Positions 49,633 through 58,123 of a DNA stretch of 64,000 nt are shown piece by piece. Both the position numbers and the translations under genes were made by a program. Origin of the DNA: Candidatus Cloacimonadales bacterium (GTDB taxonomy: Bacteria; Cloacimonadota; Cloacimonadia; Cloacimonadales; JAFGVF01); assembly GCA_963663475.2 (NCBI GenBank), contig CAXXJV010000002.1, forward strand, positions 192,001 to 256,000, read 5' to 3'. The notes under the pieces are model-generated. The model searched no databases. It was not told where the DNA came from and saw only the letters and a list, made by a program, of their open reading frames with translations. Position 1 is the first letter of the stretch. The number at the start of each line of letters is the position of its first letter.

Positions 49633-50676
49633 CTAACTCTTATATTTATCATTGAGATAAGCAAGAAGACACTTGGATATTGCTCCTTCTATATGAGGTC
49701 TTTCTGCTTTGAATTTCCACTCATTACTCTCAAAATAGTAGTAACCCTTGTTCTTAACTATTACGTTTACCCCAAAATGCTGAGCTTGAAATTCTATTAA
49801 ATGATACTTTTCCCCATCATAAGCTACATCAATGGAAAGAGAAGGAGTCTTAAACTTCTTAAAGATATCCATAGCAAAATCCAATAAGGCAGGATCTGCA
49901 GTAAAATCAGAATCAAACTTCTTAGCACCAGATGCCCTAAAATCATTATCCCTATTCCACCTTCTTGTTACCCATAAATTATTGTATAAAACCAAAACGC
50001 GATAATCATACTTTAAATTAGGAATAAATGGTTGCAAAATAAAAGAACGCTCTGGCTTGATATGCTTCTCATATTGTAGAGCATCAATTCTACTGTTGAA
50101 ATCAGGATATTCCTTGAACTTCTTAGATCTTAAATAGGCCCTTCTCAATAAATCTATTTTTTCTGAAAAAGTAATTTTCTCCCACTTCTTCAGCTTCTTT
50201 ACTAATTCTTCTTGCGACTTAACTAAAAATACTCCATTACCATTTGAGCCATCAATAGTCTTCAAAACAATAGGATAATCTATTTTGTAATTATGGATAT
50301 CATCACTTGAAGAAAAGAAAAGACTATTTAATGAGTCAATTCCCCGCATTTTTTTAAATATTTCCTGGTAACCTTTATCTTCATGACAAAGCAACAAAGG
50401 AAGCTCTGGTATTACATCATAATCTTTCATATAAAAATAATGGATCATATCTCCAATATAATGGCGGAGATTCTCTTTTTGACTAAAGGTGTAAAAAACA
50501 GGCATACCAGAAAGGTCAATATTCTTATTGAAAACTTCATGATATGTATAATGAAATGGTTGGTAACCACCCTGTAAAATTAAGTCTTCTATCTGCTTAA
50601 TGTCTGCTGATACCCAAGGCTTTCTTGTCTGTCCATAGAATTTACCATCTCGTGTAATAATTGCTATCTTTTTCAA
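49633..50676 (-). CDS. ATP-grasp fold protein (RimK-like)
   Basis: EDK, YPIVLK..GSNGNGVFLV, ILQPFIP, DYRVLV, DFRASG and SIDVAY...LIE motifs; TTG start with GAGGT RBS. Confidence 0.8.
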   Translation of the reverse strand: MKKIAIITRDGKFYGQTRKPWVSADIKQIEDLILQGGYQPFHYTYHEVFNKNIDLSGMPVFYTFSQKENLRHYIGDMIHYFYMKDYDVIPELPLLLCHEDKGYQEIFKKMRGIDSLNSLFFSSSDDIHNYKIDYPIVLKTIDGSNGNGVFLVKSQEELVKKLKKWEKITFSEKIDLLRRAYLRSKKFKEYPDFNSRIDALQYEKHIKPERSFILQPFIPNLKYDYRVLVLYNNLWVTRRWNRDNDFRASGAKKFDSDFTADPALLDFAMDIFKKFKTPSLSIDVAYDGEKYHLIEFQAQHFGVNVIVKNKGYYYFESNEWKFKAERPHIEGAISKCLLAYLNDKYKS

Positions 50677-50791
50677 TTAGAATACCTCAAAAGTTTATTT
50701 TATCCCAAGTAGTAGAAATGAATCTGCACCCGCTAGCGAAGTTCTACAAAATGTTAATGTTAATATCCTGACTTTTATTAATTATGTCAAT

Positions 50792-50839
50792 AAAAAAATG
50801 CAGCAAATGAAAGAAAGGGATTCTTAAATTTACTGCATT
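50792..50839 (-). terminator. Intrinsic terminator of nrdD
   Basis: Minus strand AATGCAGTAAAT...ATTTGCTGCATT followed by a T tract. Confidence 0.65.
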
Positions 50840-50853
50840 ATAAATTACATATG

Positions 50854-52938
50854 TTATCCTACATTAAAAGTCTTTCTCATTTTAAACTCTTCTTGCTTAC
50901 CTTCATTCCACTGCTTGACAGGTCTTAGATAACCCACAACACGAGAATATATCTCTGTCTCTGTCTGACAAATAGGACAGCGACTTTCTTCACCCTTAAT
51001 GTATCCATGTTCTGGACAGACTGAGAAAGTAGGTGAGAAGGTAAAGTAGGGAAGATGATAATTAGAGCATACTTTTCTTACCAGATTTTTAACCGACTGG
51101 ATGTTACTAATTCTCTCTCCACCAAAAATATGAAGGACTGTTCCGCCTGTATATTTTGATTGTAAAGGATCCTGTAAGTCTAATGCTTCAAAAACATCAT
51201 CAGTGAAGTTGACTGGCAACTGAGTAGAGTTTGTATAGAAAGGCTTATCTGAATATGGATCATTATTAGCTACTATTATCTCAGGGAACTTCTTCCTATC
51301 AAGTCTGGCTAACCTATAAGTAGTTCCTTCTGCAGGAGTTGCTTCTAAGTTATAATTATTCCCTGTCTCTTCCTGATACTCAATAAGTTTCTCCCGCATA
51401 TAATCCATTATCTCAATAGCAAACTGTGAGCCTTCTTTACCTGTAATATCTTGCCCAAGGAAGTTTAAACATACCTCATTCATACCTATAAGCCCTATAG
51501 TGGAGAAGTGATTCTTCCAATATTGATTAAATCTTTGCTTAACATCTTGTAGATAGAAACTTGTATAAGGATAGAGATTTGATTCTGTAAAAGTCTCAAG
51601 AACTTTTCGCTTAATCTCCAAACTCTTTTTGGCTAAATCCATTTTCTCACTAAGTCTGTTGTAAAAATCTTCCTTACCCTTAGCTAAGTAAGCTATTCTT
51701 GGTAAATTAATGGTTACTACCCCAATTGAACCTGTTAATGGATTTGCACCAAATAAGCCACCACCTCTAGCTTCTAATTTACGGGTGTCAAGACGTAATC
51801 GACAGCACATGGAACGAGCATCTTCAGGACTCATCTCAGAGTTAACAAAATTTGAGAAGTAAGGTATGCCATACTTGCCTGTGGCTTCCCATAATAAATC
51901 TAAATCAGGATTATCCCAATCAAAGTCTTCTGTGATATTATAGGTAGGAATTGGGAAGGAGAAAACTCTTCCTTTAGCGTCACCTTCTGTCATGATTTCT
52001 AAAAATGCTTTATTAATCATAATCATTTCTTCCGCAAAGTCTCCGTATGTCTCTTCCATGACCTCTCCACCTATAATTACATTTTGATCTTTATAAATCT
52101 TAGGTGGGATTAAATCCATAGTGATATTAGTGAAAGGTGTTTGAAAACCAACCCTGGTAGGAACATTTATATTAAAAATAAACTCCTGCATGGCTTGCTT
52201 AACCTCAGCATAAGTTAAATTATCATACTTGATAAATGGGGCTAAAAGAGTATCAAAACTTGAAAATGCTTGTGCCCCAGCTGCTTCACCTTGCAGAGTA
52301 TAAAAGAAGTTAACAATTTGTCCAAGTAAACTTCTAAAATGCTTAGCTGGTTTACTCTCAATTTTACCCACAGCACCTGTAAAACCAACCTTGATTAAAT
52401 TATACAAATCCCAGCCTACACAATAAACTGACAATAACCCTAAATCATGGATATGAATATCACCTTGACTATGATTGTCTTTAATTTCTGTAGGATAAAT
52501 TTTATTTAACCAATATGTTTTGCTTACCTCTGAAGCAATATAATTGTTTAATCCCTGCAAAGAATAAGCCATATTACTATTTTCATTAACTTGCCAATCA
52601 AGTTTCTTTAAATATTGATCAATTAAATCAACATTTGATTTTGAGACAATTTCTCTAATTTTTGCATGCTGATCACGATAAATTATGTAACTCTTAGCTG
52701 TCTTCTTAAATGTTGATGAAAGTAGAATTTCTTCTACAATATCTTGAATCTTTTCTATAGTTATAATCTTGTCATTATGTAGTTGCAAAATTAAATTAAC
52801 TACCTTCATTGTCAGTTGCTCAGATGTCTCTTCTCCAAACTCTGCCGTAGCTAATCCTGCTCTTAAAATTGCCTTATTTATTTTATCTTTATCAAAAGCT
52901 ACTAATTCCCCTGTCCTCTTTAAAACAGCCTTAATCAT
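50854..52938 (-). CDS. nrdD: Class III anaerobic ribonucleoside-triphosphate reductase with ATP cone
   Basis: ATP cone KRTG..FDKDKI; HIHDL, SMCCRL, EATPAEG, YTGGT, Zn motif C..H...C..C and glycyl-radical YSRVVGY. Confidence 0.96.
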   Translation of the reverse strand: MIKAVLKRTGELVAFDKDKINKAILRAGLATAEFGEETSEQLTMKVVNLILQLHNDKIITIEKIQDIVEEILLSSTFKKTAKSYIIYRDQHAKIREIVSKSNVDLIDQYLKKLDWQVNENSNMAYSLQGLNNYIASEVSKTYWLNKIYPTEIKDNHSQGDIHIHDLGLLSVYCVGWDLYNLIKVGFTGAVGKIESKPAKHFRSLLGQIVNFFYTLQGEAAGAQAFSSFDTLLAPFIKYDNLTYAEVKQAMQEFIFNINVPTRVGFQTPFTNITMDLIPPKIYKDQNVIIGGEVMEETYGDFAEEMIMINKAFLEIMTEGDAKGRVFSFPIPTYNITEDFDWDNPDLDLLWEATGKYGIPYFSNFVNSEMSPEDARSMCCRLRLDTRKLEARGGGLFGANPLTGSIGVVTINLPRIAYLAKGKEDFYNRLSEKMDLAKKSLEIKRKVLETFTESNLYPYTSFYLQDVKQRFNQYWKNHFSTIGLIGMNEVCLNFLGQDITGKEGSQFAIEIMDYMREKLIEYQEETGNNYNLEATPAEGTTYRLARLDRKKFPEIIVANNDPYSDKPFYTNSTQLPVNFTDDVFEALDLQDPLQSKYTGGTVLHIFGGERISNIQSVKNLVRKVCSNYHLPYFTFSPTFSVCPEHGYIKGEESRCPICQTETEIYSRVVGYLRPVKQWNEGKQEEFKMRKTFNVG

Positions 52939-53202
52939 TATAGTCTCCCAATTTTATTAATGTCTTATAGTCCAATACCTTAACTATATTAATTTTAATT
53001 TTTAAACTAATCTTTCAATTAATCTATGATATTAAAAAATATGGAATTACTATCTTGTCAAACATTAAATAATTAATATTTTTCTTAACTATTTCAGATA
53101 ACTATTTACTATGAATTTAGAGAAAATTATTAAAGGAAATTACAGATGACTTATTAATAATTTCTTAAGATTAACTCTTTCTTTTTTATTAAAAATTAAC
53201 AA

Positions 53203-53334
53203 TTAAACCAAAATAATACAGCAGACCTTTGCGAATAGCAGAATCTTATTTTGCTAAAAGAATCTAGCACTCTTCACCTGTGATACGTAACTTTAGCGAA
53301 GTATTATCAAAGTTCTACTGGACCATTCGGTTAA
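53203..53334. repeat. Family-1 element, copy I
   Basis: Interior CTTATTTTGCTAAAAGAATCTAGCACTCTTCACCTGTGATACGTAACTTTAGCGAAGTATTA is nearly identical to copy H. Confidence 0.85.
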
Positions 53335-53434
53335 AATATACAAACTTCATTATTCGTAATTATTCAAAAATTTTAAAGAAAGACTAATAAACATAATATT
53401 TCTTGTATTATAAACTTTATCAATTATAATATTA

Positions 53435-53539
53435 TAAAACCCAAATAATGAAGTAGATTTTTGAGAATATGTACTCTTCACCTGTGATACCTAGTTTTAA
53501 CAAAGTATTACTCAAGTTCTACTCTACCATTCGGGTTAA
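53435..53539. repeat. Family-1 element, copy J
   Basis: AAACCCAAATAATGAAGTAGA ... ACTCTTCACCTGTGATAC ... AAGTTCTACTCTACCATTCGGGTTAA. Confidence 0.8.
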
Positions 53540-53557
53540 AAAAAGAGCGGAGGATTT

Positions 53558-55039
53558 ATGCGTCCCAAAATCACTATCATAGGAGCTGGACCTGGAGGTT
53601 TAACTGCTGGTATTTTACTACAAAATAGAGGCTTTGATGTAACTATCTATGAAAAAGATAGCAGGCCAGGAGGAAGAAATCAAGCACTTGAACTCGGTGA
53701 TTATCGCTTCGATACAGGTCCTACCTTCTTGATGATGAAGTTTTTCTTAGATGAGATTTTTAAAGAAACTGGTAGAGATATTAATGATTATCTAGACTTT
53801 TACGAGCTTGATCCCCTATATTCATTGATTTTTAAAGATAAAACAATGGTCCACTATAAGGATAAAACTAAAATGAAAGCCGAGATTGAGAAACACTTTC
53901 CTGGTCAATCTACTGGTTTTGATAAACTAATGGAATATGAAGAGGAAAGATACCGTAGACTCTACCCCTGCCTGAAAAAAGATTATTCTTATCCGCAAAG
54001 AATGATAGAATCAGATATTCTCTATGCCTTTCCTTATCTTCAGCTACACAAAACTATGCATCAAGCTCTGGGAGCTTACTTTCATTCTGAAGATCTAAAA
54101 TTAGCCTTCACTTTTCAAGCTAAATACCTTGGAATGTCTCCTTGGTCTTGCCCAGCCCTCTTTACTATGGTCCCCTATATAGAACATGAATACGGTATCT
54201 ATCACGTAAAAGGTGGCCTAAATATGATTTCTCAAGCAATGGCAAAGGTCTTTTCAGAAGAAGGAGGCAATATTATTTATAATACCCCAGTAAAAGAGTT
54301 AATCACTAATTTCGGTGAAGTACTCGGAGTTGTTCTAGATAATTGCGAAAAAGTTTATTCTGAAGATGTAGTTATTAATTCTGATTTTGCCTATTCTTTC
54401 TCAAACTTATATAAAAATTCTAAAAAGTGGTCTCCTAAAAAACTTAAAGGGAAAGACTTCTCTTGCTCTACTTTTATGATTTATCTAGGCTTAGATAAAA
54501 TCTATGATTTACCTCACCATAGTATATATTTCGCTGATGATTACAAAAGCAATATTGATGATATAAGTATCTATCGAAGAATAGGGGAAGACTTCTCAAT
54601 ATATGTTCAAAATGCTTCAGTTACTGATCCTAGTCTAGCTCCCCAAGGACATTCTACTCTCTATATTCTTGTCCCCATTACTAATCTTAAGAGTGGTATA
54701 GATTGGGAAAAGTTTGCTCCTGAATTTAGAGACAAGGTCATTGACCTCCTTAAAGAAAAAGCAGGTATGACTGACCTGCAAGAACATATCATGCAAGAAA
54801 AGATTATTAGCCCTCAAAATTGGCAAGATGATTATAATGTCTTCTTAGGTGCTACTTTTAACCTAGGGCATGGTGTTAACCAAATGTTGTACTTCAGACC
54901 ACATAATAGATTTGAAGAATTAGGAAATTGCTTCCTAGTTGGTGGTGGTACTCATCCTGGTTCTGGTTTGCCAACCATTTATGAATCAGGAAGAATCTCT
55001 GCTAAGATGATCTGCAAGAAACATGGAGTTAAATACTAA
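53558..55039 (+). CDS. Phytoene/diapophytoene desaturase family (CrtI/CrtN) flavoprotein
   Basis: GAGPGG Rossmann motif, FDTGPT, SCSTFMIYLG, HHSIYF and LVGGGTHPGSGLP. Confidence 0.9.
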   Translation: MRPKITIIGAGPGGLTAGILLQNRGFDVTIYEKDSRPGGRNQALELGDYRFDTGPTFLMMKFFLDEIFKETGRDINDYLDFYELDPLYSLIFKDKTMVHYKDKTKMKAEIEKHFPGQSTGFDKLMEYEEERYRRLYPCLKKDYSYPQRMIESDILYAFPYLQLHKTMHQALGAYFHSEDLKLAFTFQAKYLGMSPWSCPALFTMVPYIEHEYGIYHVKGGLNMISQAMAKVFSEEGGNIIYNTPVKELITNFGEVLGVVLDNCEKVYSEDVVINSDFAYSFSNLYKNSKKWSPKKLKGKDFSCSTFMIYLGLDKIYDLPHHSIYFADDYKSNIDDISIYRRIGEDFSIYVQNASVTDPSLAPQGHSTLYILVPITNLKSGIDWEKFAPEFRDKVIDLLKEKAGMTDLQEHIMQEKIISPQNWQDDYNVFLGATFNLGHGVNQMLYFRPHNRFEELGNCFLVGGGTHPGSGLPTIYESGRISAKMICKKHGVKY

Positions 55040-55078
55040 AATTATCTTGACTTAATTTCTATTATATGCAATAAAGAT

Positions 55079-55175
55079 TTAATCTCATATAATGCAGTTA
55101 TGCTAGTCATCTTCACTAATAAACTTTAGGTTATTTGTCGCTAGATAACTAGTTCTACTACAATATAAGGGTAAA
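55079..55175. repeat. Family-1 element, degenerate copy K
   Basis: TTAATCTCATATAATGCAGT ... TCTTCACTAA ... AGTTCTACTACAATATAAGGGTAAA. Confidence 0.5.
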
Positions 55176-55193
55176 TAAAAAACAGGAGAAATA

Positions 55194-55799
55194 ATGAAAA
55201 AAGGTTTAATTATAACATTAGTCGTCTTAGGTTTAATAGTATTTATCGGATTTTCTTATGTCCGAGGTGTTTATAATGGAATGGTTGAAAAAGAACAGGC
55301 AGTAATTGCTGCATGGTCACAAGTTGAAAATGTTTACCAGCGTAGAATGGATCTAATCCCTAATCTCGTTGAAGTAGTAAAAGGCTATGCCTCTCATGAA
55401 AGAGAAACTTTATCAGCTGTAACAGAAGCTCGCTCAAGAGTTGGTGGTGTTATGCAACTTTCTGCTCAAGATCTAAATGACCCTCAAGCTGTTGCTAGAT
55501 TCCAAGAAGCTCAAGCTAGCTTAGGTGGTACCTTACAACGCTTGATGATGCTTACCGAAAACTATCCAAATTTAAAGGCAAATGAATCTTTCTTACAACT
55601 GCAAAATGAACTTGCTGGAACCGAAAATAGGATTTCTACAGAAAGAAGAAGATTTAATCTCTCTGCTCAAGAATTCAATACTTACATTAAACGCTTCCCT
55701 CAGGTTATCTTAGCTAATAATTTTGGTTTTTCACCTAAAGCATATTTCAAGGCTAATGAAGGTGCAGAGCAAGCTCCCAAAATTGATATGAGTAATTAA
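55194..55799 (+). CDS. lemA: LemA family protein
   Basis: QRRMDLIPNLVEVVKGYA.HE, ENYPNLKA and TENRI motifs. Confidence 0.95.
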   Translation: MKKGLIITLVVLGLIVFIGFSYVRGVYNGMVEKEQAVIAAWSQVENVYQRRMDLIPNLVEVVKGYASHERETLSAVTEARSRVGGVMQLSAQDLNDPQAVARFQEAQASLGGTLQRLMMLTENYPNLKANESFLQLQNELAGTENRISTERRRFNLSAQEFNTYIKRFPQVILANNFGFSPKAYFKANEGAEQAPKIDMSN

Positions 55800-55801
55800 G
55801 C

Positions 55802-56464
55802 ATGGCTACTTTAAGCAAGAAAGATAAAGAAATAATCTCTCAAGCTGTTGCTAAGGCAGAAAAAAATACTTCTGGAGAAATTGCAGTAGTTGTTGCTAAA
55901 CAAAGCTGTGATTATGCAATCTATGAACTTACTTTTGCTGTGCTAGTAGGCCTTGTCTTCATGGTATTATCCTTGATCTACTTTCCTAATATAGATTCTT
56001 TTATTAAGGATATGTTTTGGAGTAATTCTCCTATCTTAACAACTTCAATAATTGGCTTAGGTACTTTTGCTATTATTACTGTCTTTTATTTCTTAGCAAA
56101 CCTTCCTTTTATTGATAGACTTATCATACCAAAATCAGTTAAAGAAGAAAAAGTTAAAGAAAAGGCAGACTTGTGTTTTTTAGAGTATGGAGTTAGTAAT
56201 ACACGTGATAGAACAGGAGTATTAATCTTTATCTCTAAATTAGAGAAAAAAGTCATGATTCTTGCAGATACTGGCATAGCTCAAGTATATTCAAATGATT
56301 CATGGCAAAAACAAGTTGATAGGATTATCAATGGTATCAAAACAAAGAACTTCACTGCAGAATTAAGTGAAGTAATAAGGGAAATTGGACAAGTACTTTC
56401 TCAGAATTTCCCTATAAAATCAGATGATACAAATGAACTATCAGACCACGTAAGGGAGATTTAA
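55802..56464 (+). CDS. TPM-domain membrane protein (LemA operon)
   Basis: AEKNTSGEI, TRDRTGVLIF, ADTG and FP..DDTNEL motifs. Confidence 0.88.
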   Translation: MATLSKKDKEIISQAVAKAEKNTSGEIAVVVAKQSCDYAIYELTFAVLVGLVFMVLSLIYFPNIDSFIKDMFWSNSPILTTSIIGLGTFAIITVFYFLANLPFIDRLIIPKSVKEEKVKEKADLCFLEYGVSNTRDRTGVLIFISKLEKKVMILADTGIAQVYSNDSWQKQVDRIINGIKTKNFTAELSEVIREIGQVLSQNFPIKSDDTNELSDHVREI

Positions 56465-56465
56465 T

Positions 56466-57191
56466 ATGTTTAAAAAAAGTATCATGGTTTTCTCCCTTCT
56501 CCTACTGTCTCTATCCTTACTAGCTATTTCTTTTCCTGAATTATCAGGTAGAGTAGTTGATCAAGCAGGTATATTTTCTAATTCTGAGGAAAGACAGCTT
56601 ACTTCCCTATTGCAAGGTTTAGAAAAAGATTCTGATATCCAAGCAGTAGTAGTTTCAGTAAAATCCCTTGAAGGTTATGCAGTTGAAGACTATACTATTA
56701 GACTTGCTGAAGACTGGGGTATAGGGTCAAGATCAAGTGATAATGGTCTTATCTTATTAGTTGCACCTAATGAAAGAGACGTCCGTATTGAAGTTGGTTA
56801 TGGTTTAGAACATAAGTTAACTGACGGGATGAGTGGTTATATCTTAAGAAAAGATATTATCCCTAACTTCAGAAATGGTGGTTACTTTGCTGGTATAAAA
56901 GCTGGCCTAATAACAATAAACAATGTAATGACTGGTAAAACAAATATTAGTCAAGAAGATATATCAAGGTCTAGAAGAGAGGAGAAAAAAGGCTCTTCTA
57001 TTGGCTATATTATTTTCTTAATTATTATCTCTCTGCTTTTTAGAGGAAGACTCTTTCCGCTTCTTCTCTTTGGTTCACTCATGGGAGGCGGAGGAAGAGG
57101 TGGTCGCGGAGGCGGTAGCTTCGGTGGCGGAGGTGGTTTCTCTGGCGGAGGCGGTGGCTTCGGCGGTGGAGGAGCTTCAGGCTCTTGGTAA
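56466..57191 (+). CDS. TPM-domain protein, YgcG-like, with Gly-rich tail
   Basis: VVDQAG, DNGLILLVA, RIEVGYGLE and GGGGFGGGGASGSW motifs. Confidence 0.92.
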   Translation: MFKKSIMVFSLLLLSLSLLAISFPELSGRVVDQAGIFSNSEERQLTSLLQGLEKDSDIQAVVVSVKSLEGYAVEDYTIRLAEDWGIGSRSSDNGLILLVAPNERDVRIEVGYGLEHKLTDGMSGYILRKDIIPNFRNGGYFAGIKAGLITINNVMTGKTNISQEDISRSRREEKKGSSIGYIIFLIIISLLFRGRLFPLLLFGSLMGGGGRGGRGGGSFGGGGGFSGGGGGFGGGGASGSW

Positions 57192-57206
57192 TAAGATAAT
57201 GAAATT

Positions 57207-57281
57207 TAAGGAGACATAATCCCAGATAGTGTAGTATTACTAAATCTCTACTACTACACTATCTAGGATTATGTCTCCTTA
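57207..57281. repeat. Near-perfect 30 bp inverted repeat built from family-1 right-arm sequence (copy L)
   Basis: TAAGGAGACATAATCCCAGATAGTGTAGTA / TACTACACTATCTAGGATTATGTCTCCTTA; one mismatch. Confidence 0.85.
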
Positions 57282-57355
57282 TTTACTCTGATAATGACTA
57301 AATTAGTAAACTAAGTTCTTATTATACTTATTTATCGAAAAAAGGAAGAAAAAAC

Positions 57356-58123
57356 TTGAAACCTGAAAAAAGAAATCTAATCTTTATATTTGATTTGAAA
57401 AAATACATTCATCTATTAGAAAAAACTGATGAATTTTTAACAGCTTCGGAAAAAGAAAAGGCTAAAGAATTTATATCTCCCCTTAATGAGTATAAATTAT
57501 TATCTCAAATTATTAGGAGACTCATTCTCTCTTTCTTTTTAGATTGTCCTCCTCAAGAGATTACCTATAAATATCAAGAAAAAGGGAAACCAATACTTGA
57601 TAATGATAATTTATTCTTTAATATCTCTCATTCTAAAAACTATATGGCTATGGCACTTAGTATTAATAATGATATTGGTATTGATATTGAAGCTTTGGCT
57701 TATATTCCCAAGCTTAATTCATTCTTAAATACTTATCTAAACCCTGAAGAAAAAGCTAAATTTAAGAAAGAATTTAGCAATAATAAGGAATATTATGCCT
57801 ATACTTATTGGACAATGAAAGAAGCCTATCTTAAAGGAAGAGCTTTAGGCCTAGACTTTGATATGAAGAGAATTAGTCTAGTAAACGCCAGTAATCTTCA
57901 ACAAGATTCTTTAATGTTTGCTTGCAAAGTTGATGGAGTCTTAGATAAAAAATCATACACTACTATTTTAAAAATAAATGATGAAAAAGAACTTATGTGT
58001 GCAGTGAGCTTACGGAGTAATGAGGCTTTTAATATTGGTCAAAATCAGATAATCCAATTTCTAAATCCCCAACTATCAAAAGCATATATTTTTACTAAAC
58101 TTAACAAAAATGTAGAGGAATAA
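57356..58123 (+). CDS. 4'-phosphopantetheinyl transferase, Sfp type
   Basis: GKP, FNISHS, IGIDIE and WTMKEAYLKG motifs; TTG start. Confidence 0.92.
   Translation: MKPEKRNLIFIFDLKKYIHLLEKTDEFLTASEKEKAKEFISPLNEYKLLSQIIRRLILSFFLDCPPQEITYKYQEKGKPILDNDNLFFNISHSKNYMAMALSINNDIGIDIEALAYIPKLNSFLNTYLNPEEKAKFKKEFSNNKEYYAYTYWTMKEAYLKGRALGLDFDMKRISLVNASNLQQDSLMFACKVDGVLDKKSYTTILKINDEKELMCAVSLRSNEAFNIGQNQIIQFLNPQLSKAYIFTKLNKNVEE

Noticed and set aside
57084-57188. GC-rich GGC/GGT repeat as foreign DNA
   Set aside because: It is the normal Gly-rich tail of YgcG/TPM proteins.
15137-57281. Family-1 elements as integron attC sites (several ends read ...TAAC and GTTAAAT)
   Set aside because: There is no integrase and no one-gene-one-site cassette array; the flanking genes are housekeeping genes and the spacer next to the ends is largely paired. 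IntegronFinder would settle it.
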